A stretch of DNA of 31,275 bases, from positions 1 through 31,275 of the IMG/VR virus record IMGVR_UViG_3300047557_001954, one strand, 5' to 3'. This stretch comes from a virus. Lineage: Duplodnaviria > Caudoviricetes. Shown piece after piece: positions 16,899-25,822 of this stretch; the first letter of the stretch is position 1; every line of letters begins with the position of its first letter. The notes under the pieces are model-generated. The model was not told where the DNA came from and made no database searches. It saw only the letters and a list, made by a program, of their open reading frames with translations. The position numbers and the translations under genes are program-made.

Positions 16899-17080
16899 GC
16901 GATCAATTAAAAATGTACGGTGTACGGATCAAAAGGAAATCGTCTGAACACGTTATGACGTTCTGGTTTGAGAATCCGGAGGAGATGGAACGGCAGATTA
17001 ATATGTTTCATCCAGATGAATTCGAGATAGACGAGTATCTGCACGAACAGCAAGAATTGATTTTTGATATTCCGGAATGA
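16895..17080 (+). CDS. Hypothetical protein
   Basis: ATGA overlap at 16895. Confidence 0.55.
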   Translation: MSDQLKMYGVRIKRKSSEHVMTFWFENPEEMERQINMFHPDEFEIDEYLHEQQELIFDIPE

Positions 17081-17102
17081 TGATAAAATAGAAGTGAGCA
17101 TG

Positions 17103-17128
17103 AGCCAGCCGCTTGCGGTTGGTTTTTT
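17103..17128 (+). terminator. Intrinsic terminator before the packaging genes
   Basis: AGCCAGCCG-cttg-CGGTTGGTT followed by a T run. Confidence 0.7.
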
Positions 17129-17157
17129 GCTATAAATTTATGGAGTGGGGTGCGAAT

Positions 17158-17529
17158 ATGCGCACGACTAAATTAAATGAACAGGTTATAAAAGAGATAG
17201 CGCAATATGTGAGGGATGGATCATTCTATAAAGATGCCGCAACACTGGCTGGAATAGGTGAACACACTTTTTTCGATTGGAAAAAACGCGGTATTCAAGA
17301 TTTAGAACAAAACAAAAACACCATTTATTCGCAGTTTCTGCAGGCTTTAAGGCAGGCAGAAGCAGAAGCGAAGGCCGAAGCGATTAAATATATCCAAAGG
17401 TCAGATGACTGGAAGGCTCGTGCTTGGTATTTAGAAAGAAAGTACAACGATGAATATGGCAATAAGCAAAAAATAGAACATAGCGGAGATGAGGAAAAGC
17501 CAGTAAGGGTGAAGTTAAAATGGGATTAG
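17158..17529 (+). CDS. terS: Terminase small subunit
   Basis: HTH (KDAATLAGIGEHTFFDW), DWKARAWYLER, KIEHSG; overlaps terL. Confidence 0.85.
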   Translation: MRTTKLNEQVIKEIAQYVRDGSFYKDAATLAGIGEHTFFDWKKRGIQDLEQNKNTIYSQFLQALRQAEAEAKAEAIKYIQRSDDWKARAWYLERKYNDEYGNKQKIEHSGDEEKPVRVKLKWD

Positions 17530-18731
17530 AAGAAATAGAATTATATGCGCCGCACGCTGGGCAAAAACAATTTCATGAATCACAAGACATTAAAAAGCGT
17601 TCAAGGTTTCGGATAGCGTGTTGCGGCCGCCGCTTCGGTAAAACAATGGCCAGCGCAAATGAATTATTGGAACACGCGATAGCATATAAAAAAACTGTTA
17701 ACTGGTGGGTTAGTCCGACTTATCAGCAGGCTATGATTGTATATAGAATGGTCGAAAACGCTTTGATGGATTCTGGTTTTATGATCGAGAATTTGAAAAG
17801 CGAAAAAAGAATATTATTGCGTAATGGTTCAACTATTTCTTTTAAGTCTGCGGATAATTTCAACGCACTACGCGGCGAAGGTGTCAATTTTTTAGTAATA
17901 GATGAAGCGGCTACGATCCAGCGCGAAGCATGGGAACAAGCGCTAAGGCCTACGCTATCAGATAAGAATGGACGCGCTTTGATCGTAGGAACACCAAAAG
18001 GCCGGAATTGGTTCTATGAATTATATGCTAGAGGAGCCGATCCGGAACAAACGGAATATAGAAGCTATTCATTTCCGACATGGACAAATCCATTAATTCC
18101 ACAGTCAGAGATAGACGAGGTGCGGAGATCCCTTCCGGCTGATGTATTCCGGCAAGAGTACGAAGCACAATTCCTAGAAGACAGCGCCGGAGTATTCAGG
18201 AATATACGCGATTGCGTAGCAGGTCAATTCGAGGAGCCTATCAGATCAAAGCAGTATTATATAGGCTGGGATATCGCGAAGCATCAAGATTTTTCAGTGT
18301 TGGTTTGCATGGATTCAAACCGCCATGTTGTGGCATTTGATCGTTTTAATCAGATCGACTATAGCCTTCAATTATCGAGGGTTCAGGCGATGGCAGATAA
18401 ATATAAGGCCAGTGTGCTGATGGATTCAACCGGCGCAGGCGATCCGGTAATGGAACAGCTTCGGGCTAGAGGTGTAATGGTTGAAGGCTACAATCTATCC
18501 AGCCAGTCAAAACAGCAATTGATAGAACATTTGGCGGTTGGTATCGAACAGCGCCTTTTAACATTTCCGCAAATTGATGTACTGATTAATGAATTGCAGA
18601 TATACGAATACGAGATTACTAGAGCAGGAAACGTTCGTTATAATGCGCCTTCCGGATTCCATGACGATACTGTGATAGCGCTAGGTTTGGCCTATTGGAA
18701 GTCAAAGCAGACACCTGCGATTCTATTTTAA
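17520..18731 (+). CDS. terL: Terminase large subunit
   Basis: Walker A GRRFGKT, Walker B LVIDE, GTPKG, nuclease GWDIA...HDDTV. Confidence 0.95.
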   Translation: MGLEEIELYAPHAGQKQFHESQDIKKRSRFRIACCGRRFGKTMASANELLEHAIAYKKTVNWWVSPTYQQAMIVYRMVENALMDSGFMIENLKSEKRILLRNGSTISFKSADNFNALRGEGVNFLVIDEAATIQREAWEQALRPTLSDKNGRALIVGTPKGRNWFYELYARGADPEQTEYRSYSFPTWTNPLIPQSEIDEVRRSLPADVFRQEYEAQFLEDSAGVFRNIRDCVAGQFEEPIRSKQYYIGWDIAKHQDFSVLVCMDSNRHVVAFDRFNQIDYSLQLSRVQAMADKYKASVLMDSTGAGDPVMEQLRARGVMVEGYNLSSQSKQQLIEHLAVGIEQRLLTFPQIDVLINELQIYEYEITRAGNVRYNAPSGFHDDTVIALGLAYWKSKQTPAILF

Positions 18732-18780
18732 TTTTGCGCTATAATATAACTAGTCAAATTCAAAAAATGGAGGTGAGCGA

Positions 18781-21306
18781 GTGGGCATTTTTGACTTTCT
18801 GAAAAAGGATAAATGGCGCTATGTTATGTCTGGAAATCTGGATCGGCCGGTGTGGACAACTCAAAAAGATAAGCAATTTATCAGCGAGGGTTATAACCGC
18901 GTTGTGTGGGTGTATGCTTGTGTAAGCGCAATTTCTGGCGCAGTGTCAAGCGTTCCTTGGTTGTTATATCGTAAAGGTCGCGGCGGTCGGTTAATTGAAA
19001 TTACAGATCATCCGATTTTAACCATGCTAAATCAAAGAGCTAACCCTTATATGTCGGGGAAAGACTTTTTAGATTATTGGGCTACCTATTTGGCTATAGA
19101 GGGTAAATTCTACGCTGAATATAGCAATCCAAACGCGCCAGCGGCACTATATCCTTTATATCCACACTATATGTATCCGATTCCACACCGAACACAATTT
19201 ATAGGTGGATACGAATACAGGCTGGATTCACCAATTTATTATGAGCCGCAGGAAATACTTTGGTCTAAATTTAATGATCCTTTAGACGTATATCAGGGAC
19301 AGTCACCGATTAGAGCATTAAGTCGGACAATCGACACCGAAAATGAAGCGGTCGACTGGAATAAATCGACACTGCAAAATGCAGGGGTTCCGGCCGGTGT
19401 ATTCCAGATTCAGAATCCGTCTCCAGAATTACAGCAAACGTTGCGCGAAGAATGGCAAAAACGATATGCTGGCGGATCGAATGCGCGTATTCCATTGATT
19501 CTCAATTCGGATAAGGCGACTTATCAGCAGATAGGCTTAAGCGCTTTGGACATGGACTTTCTAAACCAACGCAAGGTTAACCGGATCGAAATTTGTTCTG
19601 CCTTTGGTGTTCCGTCTCAAATTGTAGGCGATCCGGAAGGTCAGACCTACAGTAATTACGGCGAAGCGCAAAAGGCATTCTGGGAAAATACCGTTATATC
19701 GAGATATCTTGACCATATTAAAGATAAGCTGGAGCAAGACCTTTTGCCTAGATACGCTGACAATTTGGAATTGCGTTATGACCTTTCCAATGTCGGAGCG
19801 CTTAAAGAGAATGAAGACAATAAAGCAAAACGTATTGATATGCTATGGAAATCCGGATTGATTAAAAGAAATGAAGGCCGTTATGCACTGGATTACGAAG
19901 ACGATCCGGTCAGCGGCAATCTATATTTCAATGAGTTATCTATCGGAGCCACAGCGCAAGCAGTAACCGCGCCGCTTCCGACACAGCCAGTTATGCCGGA
20001 ACAAGAACAGCCAGAGATGGAAGATGAACTAGAAGAAGTCGAGCCGGAAGAAATCGAACTTGAAGACGGTGACGAGGAAGAAGAAGCCACCGAAATCCAG
20101 ATTGAAATTGCAAAAAAAAAAGAGCCTACTAACTTTCCGGTAGCCGGTCAAGATGAAACGATTACACTTGCCAATTCTCAATATCAATTATTCCCTTTGG
20201 ACTATGCCGAAGACTTGCGTAATAACTGGCCCGATATTTGGGCAAAAGGTGGAAATATTCAAGGTAATGACACCTACCGAGTTATTAAACGAGTAAGGGA
20301 CGAAGGGAAAAGCGCTGATGAATTAACAGCCAACGATATCGATATCATCCGGATGCGTGAAGCATGGAGCGCCAGACACTTTCGAGATCATCGGCTTGCT
20401 GGTGTAATTGCACAGGTTAAATGGCACATGGTCGGAAGTCGTGGACTGGATCACATGAAAGCAGTTATTCAGGAAGCGAAGGACAAGCAAAAAAAAGCAG
20501 TAGATATGAAGCCGGACGAGGAAAAAGCATACTGGAAACGAATTGATGATGAGCGCGAAAAAATCATTGTAAAGGTTCAGCGAGAGATTAAAAAATACTT
20601 CGGCGAACAAAACGATGATTTGCAAAAGGCCATTCGTGGAAAGTCGCCTACAGAAGCGGCGGAAATCGTTGACATTGTGGTCGAAGAGACAAGCGCAGAC
20701 CTAAGGAACATTTTAACGGCGCTTTATATGTCCACGATACAGAAATTTGGATTGCAGACCTTTGACGAATTGCAAGATAAGAAAATGATGACAAAAAGGT
20801 TTGAAGGTTATACGGACGCACTGCTTTACTGGATCACCTTAAATGTCGGGAACGCGGTTGTCATGATTGATGATACAACGAAGCGCGAAATTAAAGATAT
20901 CATCATTTCTGGAATTGCCGCAGGTCTGGCCATTGGAAAAGCTGGTCAGCCAGATACGATTGCGGATAATATTGAAAAGTTATATCTGGATCAAATTATT
21001 CCCAATAGGTCAGAGGTTATTGCACGAACGGAAACAATGACCGCCGCGTCAAAAGGAAGTTTAGAAGGCGCACAACAGGCGGAACAACAAGGTGCGAGAA
21101 TCCGCAAAATCTGGATATCCACACCGGACGATGACACCAGAGATACGCACGCGGATATGCGCGGCAAAGACCCGATCCCACTTGAAGCACTTTTTAGGGT
21201 AGGCCAATCATCTGGTGAATTCCCTGCTGATCCGCAGTTATCGGCGCGTGAAAGAATAAATTGCAGATGCACAATCGGATATAGAAGAATTCGGGATATC
21301 CAATAG
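18781..21306 (+). CDS. Portal protein (HK97-like) fused to an unknown domain and a MuF head-morphogenesis domain
   Basis: Portal motifs VYACVSAI, GQSPI, NAGVPAG, EICSAFGVP, YSN in about aa 1-385; acidic linker; C-terminal IARTET...WIST.D..TR.TH...INCRC (MuF). Confidence 0.9.
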   Translation: MGIFDFLKKDKWRYVMSGNLDRPVWTTQKDKQFISEGYNRVVWVYACVSAISGAVSSVPWLLYRKGRGGRLIEITDHPILTMLNQRANPYMSGKDFLDYWATYLAIEGKFYAEYSNPNAPAALYPLYPHYMYPIPHRTQFIGGYEYRLDSPIYYEPQEILWSKFNDPLDVYQGQSPIRALSRTIDTENEAVDWNKSTLQNAGVPAGVFQIQNPSPELQQTLREEWQKRYAGGSNARIPLILNSDKATYQQIGLSALDMDFLNQRKVNRIEICSAFGVPSQIVGDPEGQTYSNYGEAQKAFWENTVISRYLDHIKDKLEQDLLPRYADNLELRYDLSNVGALKENEDNKAKRIDMLWKSGLIKRNEGRYALDYEDDPVSGNLYFNELSIGATAQAVTAPLPTQPVMPEQEQPEMEDELEEVEPEEIELEDGDEEEEATEIQIEIAKKKEPTNFPVAGQDETITLANSQYQLFPLDYAEDLRNNWPDIWAKGGNIQGNDTYRVIKRVRDEGKSADELTANDIDIIRMREAWSARHFRDHRLAGVIAQVKWHMVGSRGLDHMKAVIQEAKDKQKKAVDMKPDEEKAYWKRIDDEREKIIVKVQREIKKYFGEQNDDLQKAIRGKSPTEAAEIVDIVVEETSADLRNILTALYMSTIQKFGLQTFDELQDKKMMTKRFEGYTDALLYWITLNVGNAVVMIDDTTKREIKDIIISGIAAGLAIGKAGQPDTIADNIEKLYLDQIIPNRSEVIARTETMTAASKGSLEGAQQAEQQGARIRKIWISTPDDDTRDTHADMRGKDPIPLEALFRVGQSSGEFPADPQLSARERINCRCTIGYRRIRDIQ

Positions 21307-21317
21307 GAGGTGTAAAG

Positions 21318-21941
21318 ATGCAATATAAAGCGAGTAGATTTGAATTAAAAGCGGCTGGCGATAATACGATTGAAGGCTACGCGGCTTACTTCGGGAATGT
21401 CGATTCATATGGCGATATTATCGAAAATGGCGCTTTCACGAAAACGCTAAAAGAGAACAGCGGACGCGTAAAGGTTTTATGGCAGCACGATACCAGCGAG
21501 CCAATCGGGAAGCCGATTCACATGGAACAGGATTCCAAAGGATTATATATCAAAGCGAAAATTTCAATGACCGACACAGGCCGAAAGGCTATGGAATTGA
21601 TGCGCGATGGTGTCATTGATGAGATGAGCATAGGTTATGATATAATCAAAGACGAGTACAAAGCTAAAAATCGTATGCTAAAAGAGTTGCGCCTGTGGGA
21701 GTTTTCGCCGGTTACATTTGCGGCAAACGAGAAAGCGCGGATTACTTCTGCAAAGTCTCTAAGCGAACTTTTATATGATGTAAAACACGCTGATATTGGC
21801 GAGATTAAAAACGCAATTCAAAAATTAAATGAGTTAATCAAACAGCTTGAGCCGGAAGAATCCACTCAAAAAGTTGATGATGAAGAACAAAAAGAAGTGC
21901 AAGCAATCCTGCAAATGATTCGAGGATTCAAAAATGCCTAG
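21318..21941 (+). CDS. Prohead protease (HK97 family)
   Basis: IEGYAAYFGNVDSYGD, LWQHD, MSIGY, LWEFSPVTFAAN. Confidence 0.95.
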   Translation: MQYKASRFELKAAGDNTIEGYAAYFGNVDSYGDIIENGAFTKTLKENSGRVKVLWQHDTSEPIGKPIHMEQDSKGLYIKAKISMTDTGRKAMELMRDGVIDEMSIGYDIIKDEYKAKNRMLKELRLWEFSPVTFAANEKARITSAKSLSELLYDVKHADIGEIKNAIQKLNELIKQLEPEESTQKVDDEEQKEVQAILQMIRGFKNA

Positions 21942-23316
21942 TCCGCGATCCGGAGAAAGCAGAGACGAATTTATTGATCGTTGCATGGGTGATGCTGAAG
22001 CAGTAGCGGACTTTCCGGACAATGGCCAAAGGTTCGCAGTATGTAACGCTTTTTATGATGAAGGACAAAAAACAAAACTTGAAGGAGTGACAAAGATGGA
22101 TGCAATTAAAGAAATCCAACAAGCAATTGGCGAAGCGCTTTCCAATGGCGCAAGCAAGCACGAATTGAAATCCCTTGAAGATCGACTGATGGAGCGCCTT
22201 AATAATCGCGCAGACCAATCTGCAGATGTCGATGCACTTTTTAGTAAATTCCAAACGGAACTTGAAAAAACAAAATCGGAGATTTTTGAGCAATCCAAAA
22301 AATCCGCATTTGTAGCTCCAGAGAAAAAAGAAACATTTGGAGAATTCTTGGTAAAAGCACGCCGCGGTGATTCCGGCCTGCGCGAAATGACGCGTAAAGC
22401 GCTTGGTGAATCCGTAGGTGTAGACGGAGGTTTCTTGGTTCCGGAGCAATTCATGAACGAAGTAGCACAGGTTCGTCTTGAGCGTTCCGTAGTGCGAGGA
22501 AGCGGCGCACGCGTTATCAATATGAACAGTAACATTTTGAAAATGCCAGCATTAAATGTGGCAAGTAATGCCGCAGGTTCTATCTTTGGTGGTGTTGCCG
22601 CTTACTGGACAGGCGAAGCAGAAACAAAAACACCGAGCGCTCCGAAATTCAAACAGATTACGCTTGAAGCTAATAAGCTGATTGGTTACGTTGAATCATC
22701 GGATGAATTGAACAATGACGCTATCGTTTCAATGGGCGGATTGCTTCAAGACCTGTTCGCACAAACAATTGCGTTTGAAGAAGATGTGGCTTTCTTGACT
22801 GGTAACGGTGTAGGGAAGCCGCTTGGTATCCTGAATGCACCTGCTACGATTGCAGAGACGCGCACGACTGCAAGCCGCGTAGGTACGGTTGACCTTGTTA
22901 AAATGCTGGCACGTTCTTACGGTTCTCTTTCTTCGAAAGTATGGGTTATCAATCAATCCGTACTGCCGGAAATCTATAAGCTGAAAGACGAAAACAGCAA
23001 TTATATCTTATTGCCAGGCTCTAATAGCAATATCGCAGGCGCTCTGCCGCAAACTATCTATGGTATTCCGGTTATCGTATCGGAAAAACTTCCGGCGCTG
23101 GGAACTTCCGGTGATATCTTGCTTGCTGATATGTCCTATTATCTGATCGGTGACCGTCAACAATTGACTGTGGATGAATCCATTCATGTGAAATTCCAGA
23201 CGGATGAAAAAAGCTGGCGATTTGTTAGCCGCGTAGCCGGTCAGCCATGGATTGATTCTGCAATTACACCACGCGCAGGCGGTTCTACTCTTTCGCCGTT
23301 CGTAAAATTGACTTAA
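21934..23316 (+). CDS. Major capsid protein, HK97 fold (two in-frame starts, 21934 and 22096)
   Basis: DGGFLVPEQF, AAYWTGE, FLTGNGVGKPLGIL, TIYGIPV; strong RBS AAGGAG before ATG 22096 and GAGGA before ATG 21934. Confidence 0.95.
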   Translation: MPSPRSGESRDEFIDRCMGDAEAVADFPDNGQRFAVCNAFYDEGQKTKLEGVTKMDAIKEIQQAIGEALSNGASKHELKSLEDRLMERLNNRADQSADVDALFSKFQTELEKTKSEIFEQSKKSAFVAPEKKETFGEFLVKARRGDSGLREMTRKALGESVGVDGGFLVPEQFMNEVAQVRLERSVVRGSGARVINMNSNILKMPALNVASNAAGSIFGGVAAYWTGEAETKTPSAPKFKQITLEANKLIGYVESSDELNNDAIVSMGGLLQDLFAQTIAFEEDVAFLTGNGVGKPLGILNAPATIAETRTTASRVGTVDLVKMLARSYGSLSSKVWVINQSVLPEIYKLKDENSNYILLPGSNSNIAGALPQTIYGIPVIVSEKLPALGTSGDILLADMSYYLIGDRQQLTVDESIHVKFQTDEKSWRFVSRVAGQPWIDSAITPRAGGSTLSPFVKLT

Positions 23317-23334
23317 TAAAAGGAGGGTTAAAAA

Positions 23335-23727
23335 ATGCCAAACGCAAAAATCACTGAACAAGTAACAATTTCAGAGGCAATTTATCCGCAGGTGTCTGCT
23401 GGTATTTCCTCCAGTACGCTTGTTGATATGAGTCAATTCGGACGTTATGCCGCAGTCGCTTCACATGGTACAGCAACAACAGCTTCGACATTTGTTGTGA
23501 AACTGTATGAATCAAGCGCGGCAACGTGGGCTGGTGCGGTCGCTACTCTGCTTTCCACTACAACTGTATCTGTGGCGACAGCCGCAACAAATGTTACAAC
23601 GGTTGACGCTAACGTTACAGACCTGACAGAAGGTAACCGTTACATCGGGGTTTACTTGACGAAAGTAGATACTGCTTCGAGTATCAGCGCGGTTCACGTA
23701 CGCGGTAATGATCGTTATCAAGGTTAA
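23335..23727 (+). CDS. Probable capsid decoration/cement protein, Ser/Thr rich
   Basis: Directly after the capsid gene with strong RBS AAGGAGG; beta-rich; RYIGVYL motif. Confidence 0.65.
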   Translation: MPNAKITEQVTISEAIYPQVSAGISSSTLVDMSQFGRYAAVASHGTATTASTFVVKLYESSAATWAGAVATLLSTTTVSVATAATNVTTVDANVTDLTEGNRYIGVYLTKVDTASSISAVHVRGNDRYQG

Positions 23728-23736
23728 TAATTAGAG

Positions 23737-23841
23737 CCGCGATTCGCGCGGATCGGGGAATAGAAGACGTTCGACAAGGTGAAGCCTGTATCACTTTTCC
23801 CCGATTAATTACAGGAAACACGAAAACAGGAGCGTGTGAAA
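23737..23841 (+). promoter_or_regulatory. Structured cis-regulatory RNA candidate (pseudoknot) in the glycosyltransferase leader
   Basis: Stems ATCGGGGAA/TTCCCCGAT and AGGTGA/TCACTT; loop CCTGTA complementary to TACAGG and to ACAGG overlapping the SD. Confidence 0.5.
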
Positions 23842-24501
23842 ATGGAATTGAAGCCAATTAAAAAAGTGATGGTTGGTGTACCGATTAACCGGCCGATTGA
23901 ATTTTTTTGCTTTGAATCATTTGTAAAACTAGCGAATAGAAATAGTGAAATAGAATTGGCTTTTTGTATGACGCAGAATAGCCTAGTATATGATGCACGC
24001 GAGACAATCGCGCAGAAATTTCTAGAATCAGAAGCGGATGCGCTAATGTTTATTGATTCTGACATGACTTTCCATTCTGGATCAATTGAATATTTAGCTA
24101 GGCATAATAAGCCGTTCGTTACGGCTAAAGCATTTAAGCGTGTCCATCCATATCAGCCATGCTTTTATAGTAAATTGGAGCCTGCCGAAAATAACGAATG
24201 GTATATGGAAAGTCCGGTAGAGTATGGCGAAGGGTTGCTTCGGATCGAAGGCGCTGGAATGGCCTGTGCATTAATTCGTAGGGAAGCCTTTGAAGCGATT
24301 GAGCCGCCATATTTTTTCCCTAAAGTCGGACTAGGTGAAGACCTTTCATTTTGTCTGAAATTAAAAGATGCTGGTGTCGAAATGTTTCTGGACACGACTA
24401 TTCAATTCGGACATTTGGCACAGGTTGCAATCATGGAATCACATTTCAAAGAAGTCTATGAAGCAAACAAACATAACGCGAAAAAATTATATGTCGATTG
24501 A
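23842..24501 (+). CDS. GT-A fold (GT2-like) glycosyltransferase 1
   Basis: VMVGVP, ARETIA..FL, LMFIDSD (DxD), GAGMACALIRR, GEDLSFC, GH. Confidence 0.85.
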   Translation: MELKPIKKVMVGVPINRPIEFFCFESFVKLANRNSEIELAFCMTQNSLVYDARETIAQKFLESEADALMFIDSDMTFHSGSIEYLARHNKPFVTAKAFKRVHPYQPCFYSKLEPAENNEWYMESPVEYGEGLLRIEGAGMACALIRREAFEAIEPPYFFPKVGLGEDLSFCLKLKDAGVEMFLDTTIQFGHLAQVAIMESHFKEVYEANKHNAKKLYVD

Positions 24502-24517
24502 TCCGGAGGTGCCAAAC

Positions 24518-25255
24518 ATGAAGATATTATTAGGCGCACCGGTACGACAGGATCACACGACATTTTATAAATATTTGAAAGCAATCAATCAACTGAAGAC
24601 CGAAGGGTTTAAGGTTGATTTATTTTTTATCCTGCACAATTCACCGAGATTAAAAAGGTTTCTCAAGCCAGATCAATATATTGAGTTTGAAAGTGAACAT
24701 GAATATATAAGAGACGATCAAACGCACCACTGGACGAACGAGAATTTGAAAGACGTTACGAAGATGAAAAACGCTTTGCTGAAATATACAATCGCCAATA
24801 ATTATGATTACTTTTTTCTTGTTGATTCAGATTTGATTTTGCATCCTGAAACGTTAATCAAATTATTAAGCCATAAAAAAGAAATCGTAGCGGAAGTTTT
24901 TTGGACACAGTGGACACCGGAAACAGATGAACAGCCGAATGCGTGGATATTCGATTTTTACGGATTCCGAGCAGATCAGGAATATAACCGATTTAGGGAA
25001 AAGGGATTGCATCGCGTGGGGATGTCGGGCGCTTGTATCCTGATTCATAGATCGGTTATAGAATCCGGTGTGAATTATAGCCCGATTTATAACGTGAGTT
25101 ATTCGTTATGGGAGGATCGCGCTTTCTGCATTCGGGCGGCAGTCGCTGGATATGAAATATGGCTGGATTCACATTATCCGCCGGTTCATTTATACCGGAC
25201 AAAGCCGAATAGACCCGATCAAAACAAAGCGAAACAAAAGCATTTGAGGAAGTAG
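24518..25255 (+). CDS. GT-A fold (GT2-like) glycosyltransferase 2
   Basis: RBS GGAGG before ATG 24518; ILLGAPVRQ, YDYFFLVDSD (DxD), GACILI, EDRAFCIRA, HLYR. Confidence 0.85.
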   Translation: MKILLGAPVRQDHTTFYKYLKAINQLKTEGFKVDLFFILHNSPRLKRFLKPDQYIEFESEHEYIRDDQTHHWTNENLKDVTKMKNALLKYTIANNYDYFFLVDSDLILHPETLIKLLSHKKEIVAEVFWTQWTPETDEQPNAWIFDFYGFRADQEYNRFREKGLHRVGMSGACILIHRSVIESGVNYSPIYNVSYSLWEDRAFCIRAAVAGYEIWLDSHYPPVHLYRTKPNRPDQNKAKQKHLRK

Positions 25256-25265
25256 GCGGAAGGTC

Positions 25266-25811
25266 ATGACAAGAAATAGCATTGAATCGAGATCCTTTGC
25301 ACGAAAGACAATCGAATACGAACACGCAAGGATTCACGAGGGTTATGGATTTGATTGTGATATTGAATTTACTTTATCAACAACAGTACCGAAGTATTAT
25401 CATATTCGGACTGGGACGGATGAGATCCATTTAAAAGATATTGTAATTACGACGAATAAGCCAGAAGTGAAACTGTATTTGTACACAAATCCGACGGTTG
25501 CGTTAAACGGAAGTCCAACACAAGAAACAATTTACAATTCCGATGAAGACAGCAACAACGTTTCATCCATGAGGATTTACAATAATAGTACAGTGACTTC
25601 AGACGGAACAAAACGTAGAGTTTATTATTTATCCGGATCAACCGGAATCGGTCATTCATCTGCAGGCGAAGCGTCTGCATTTGGAGCATGGGAAATTATT
25701 TTGCTACCGAATACAGACTATTTAATCAAGATCATTCGCATAGTTTCAGATGGAGACACAACTGGAGTATTTAAGTTGCGGTTTTATGAAGAAGACGAAA
25801 CGCCAATGTAG
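25266..25811 (+). CDS. Hypothetical protein, probably structural (beta-rich)
   Basis: Sits between the GTs and the head-tail connector; EHARIHEG motif; ILLPNTDYLI. Confidence 0.55.
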   Translation: MTRNSIESRSFARKTIEYEHARIHEGYGFDCDIEFTLSTTVPKYYHIRTGTDEIHLKDIVITTNKPEVKLYLYTNPTVALNGSPTQETIYNSDEDSNNVSSMRIYNNSTVTSDGTKRRVYYLSGSTGIGHSSAGEASAFGAWEIILLPNTDYLIKIIRIVSDGDTTGVFKLRFYEEDETPM

Positions 25812-25822
25812 GAGGTGAGTTT

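Noticed and set aside
21922-21941. Protease-to-capsid frameshift fusion at TTCAAAAATG
   Set aside because: The capsid is in the +1 frame with only an A5 run and has its own RBS; translational coupling is sufficient
23751-23806. tRNA, known ribozyme or simple terminator
   Set aside because: It contains GTTCGA but no cloverleaf; I see no hammerhead, twister or pistol cores by eye, and no U-tract follows the stem
23842-25255. DNA hypermodification or serotype-conversion glycosyltransferases
   Set aside because: No hydroxymethylase, phage DNA polymerase or membrane Gtr partners; location in the structural operon argues against, though it is not formally excluded
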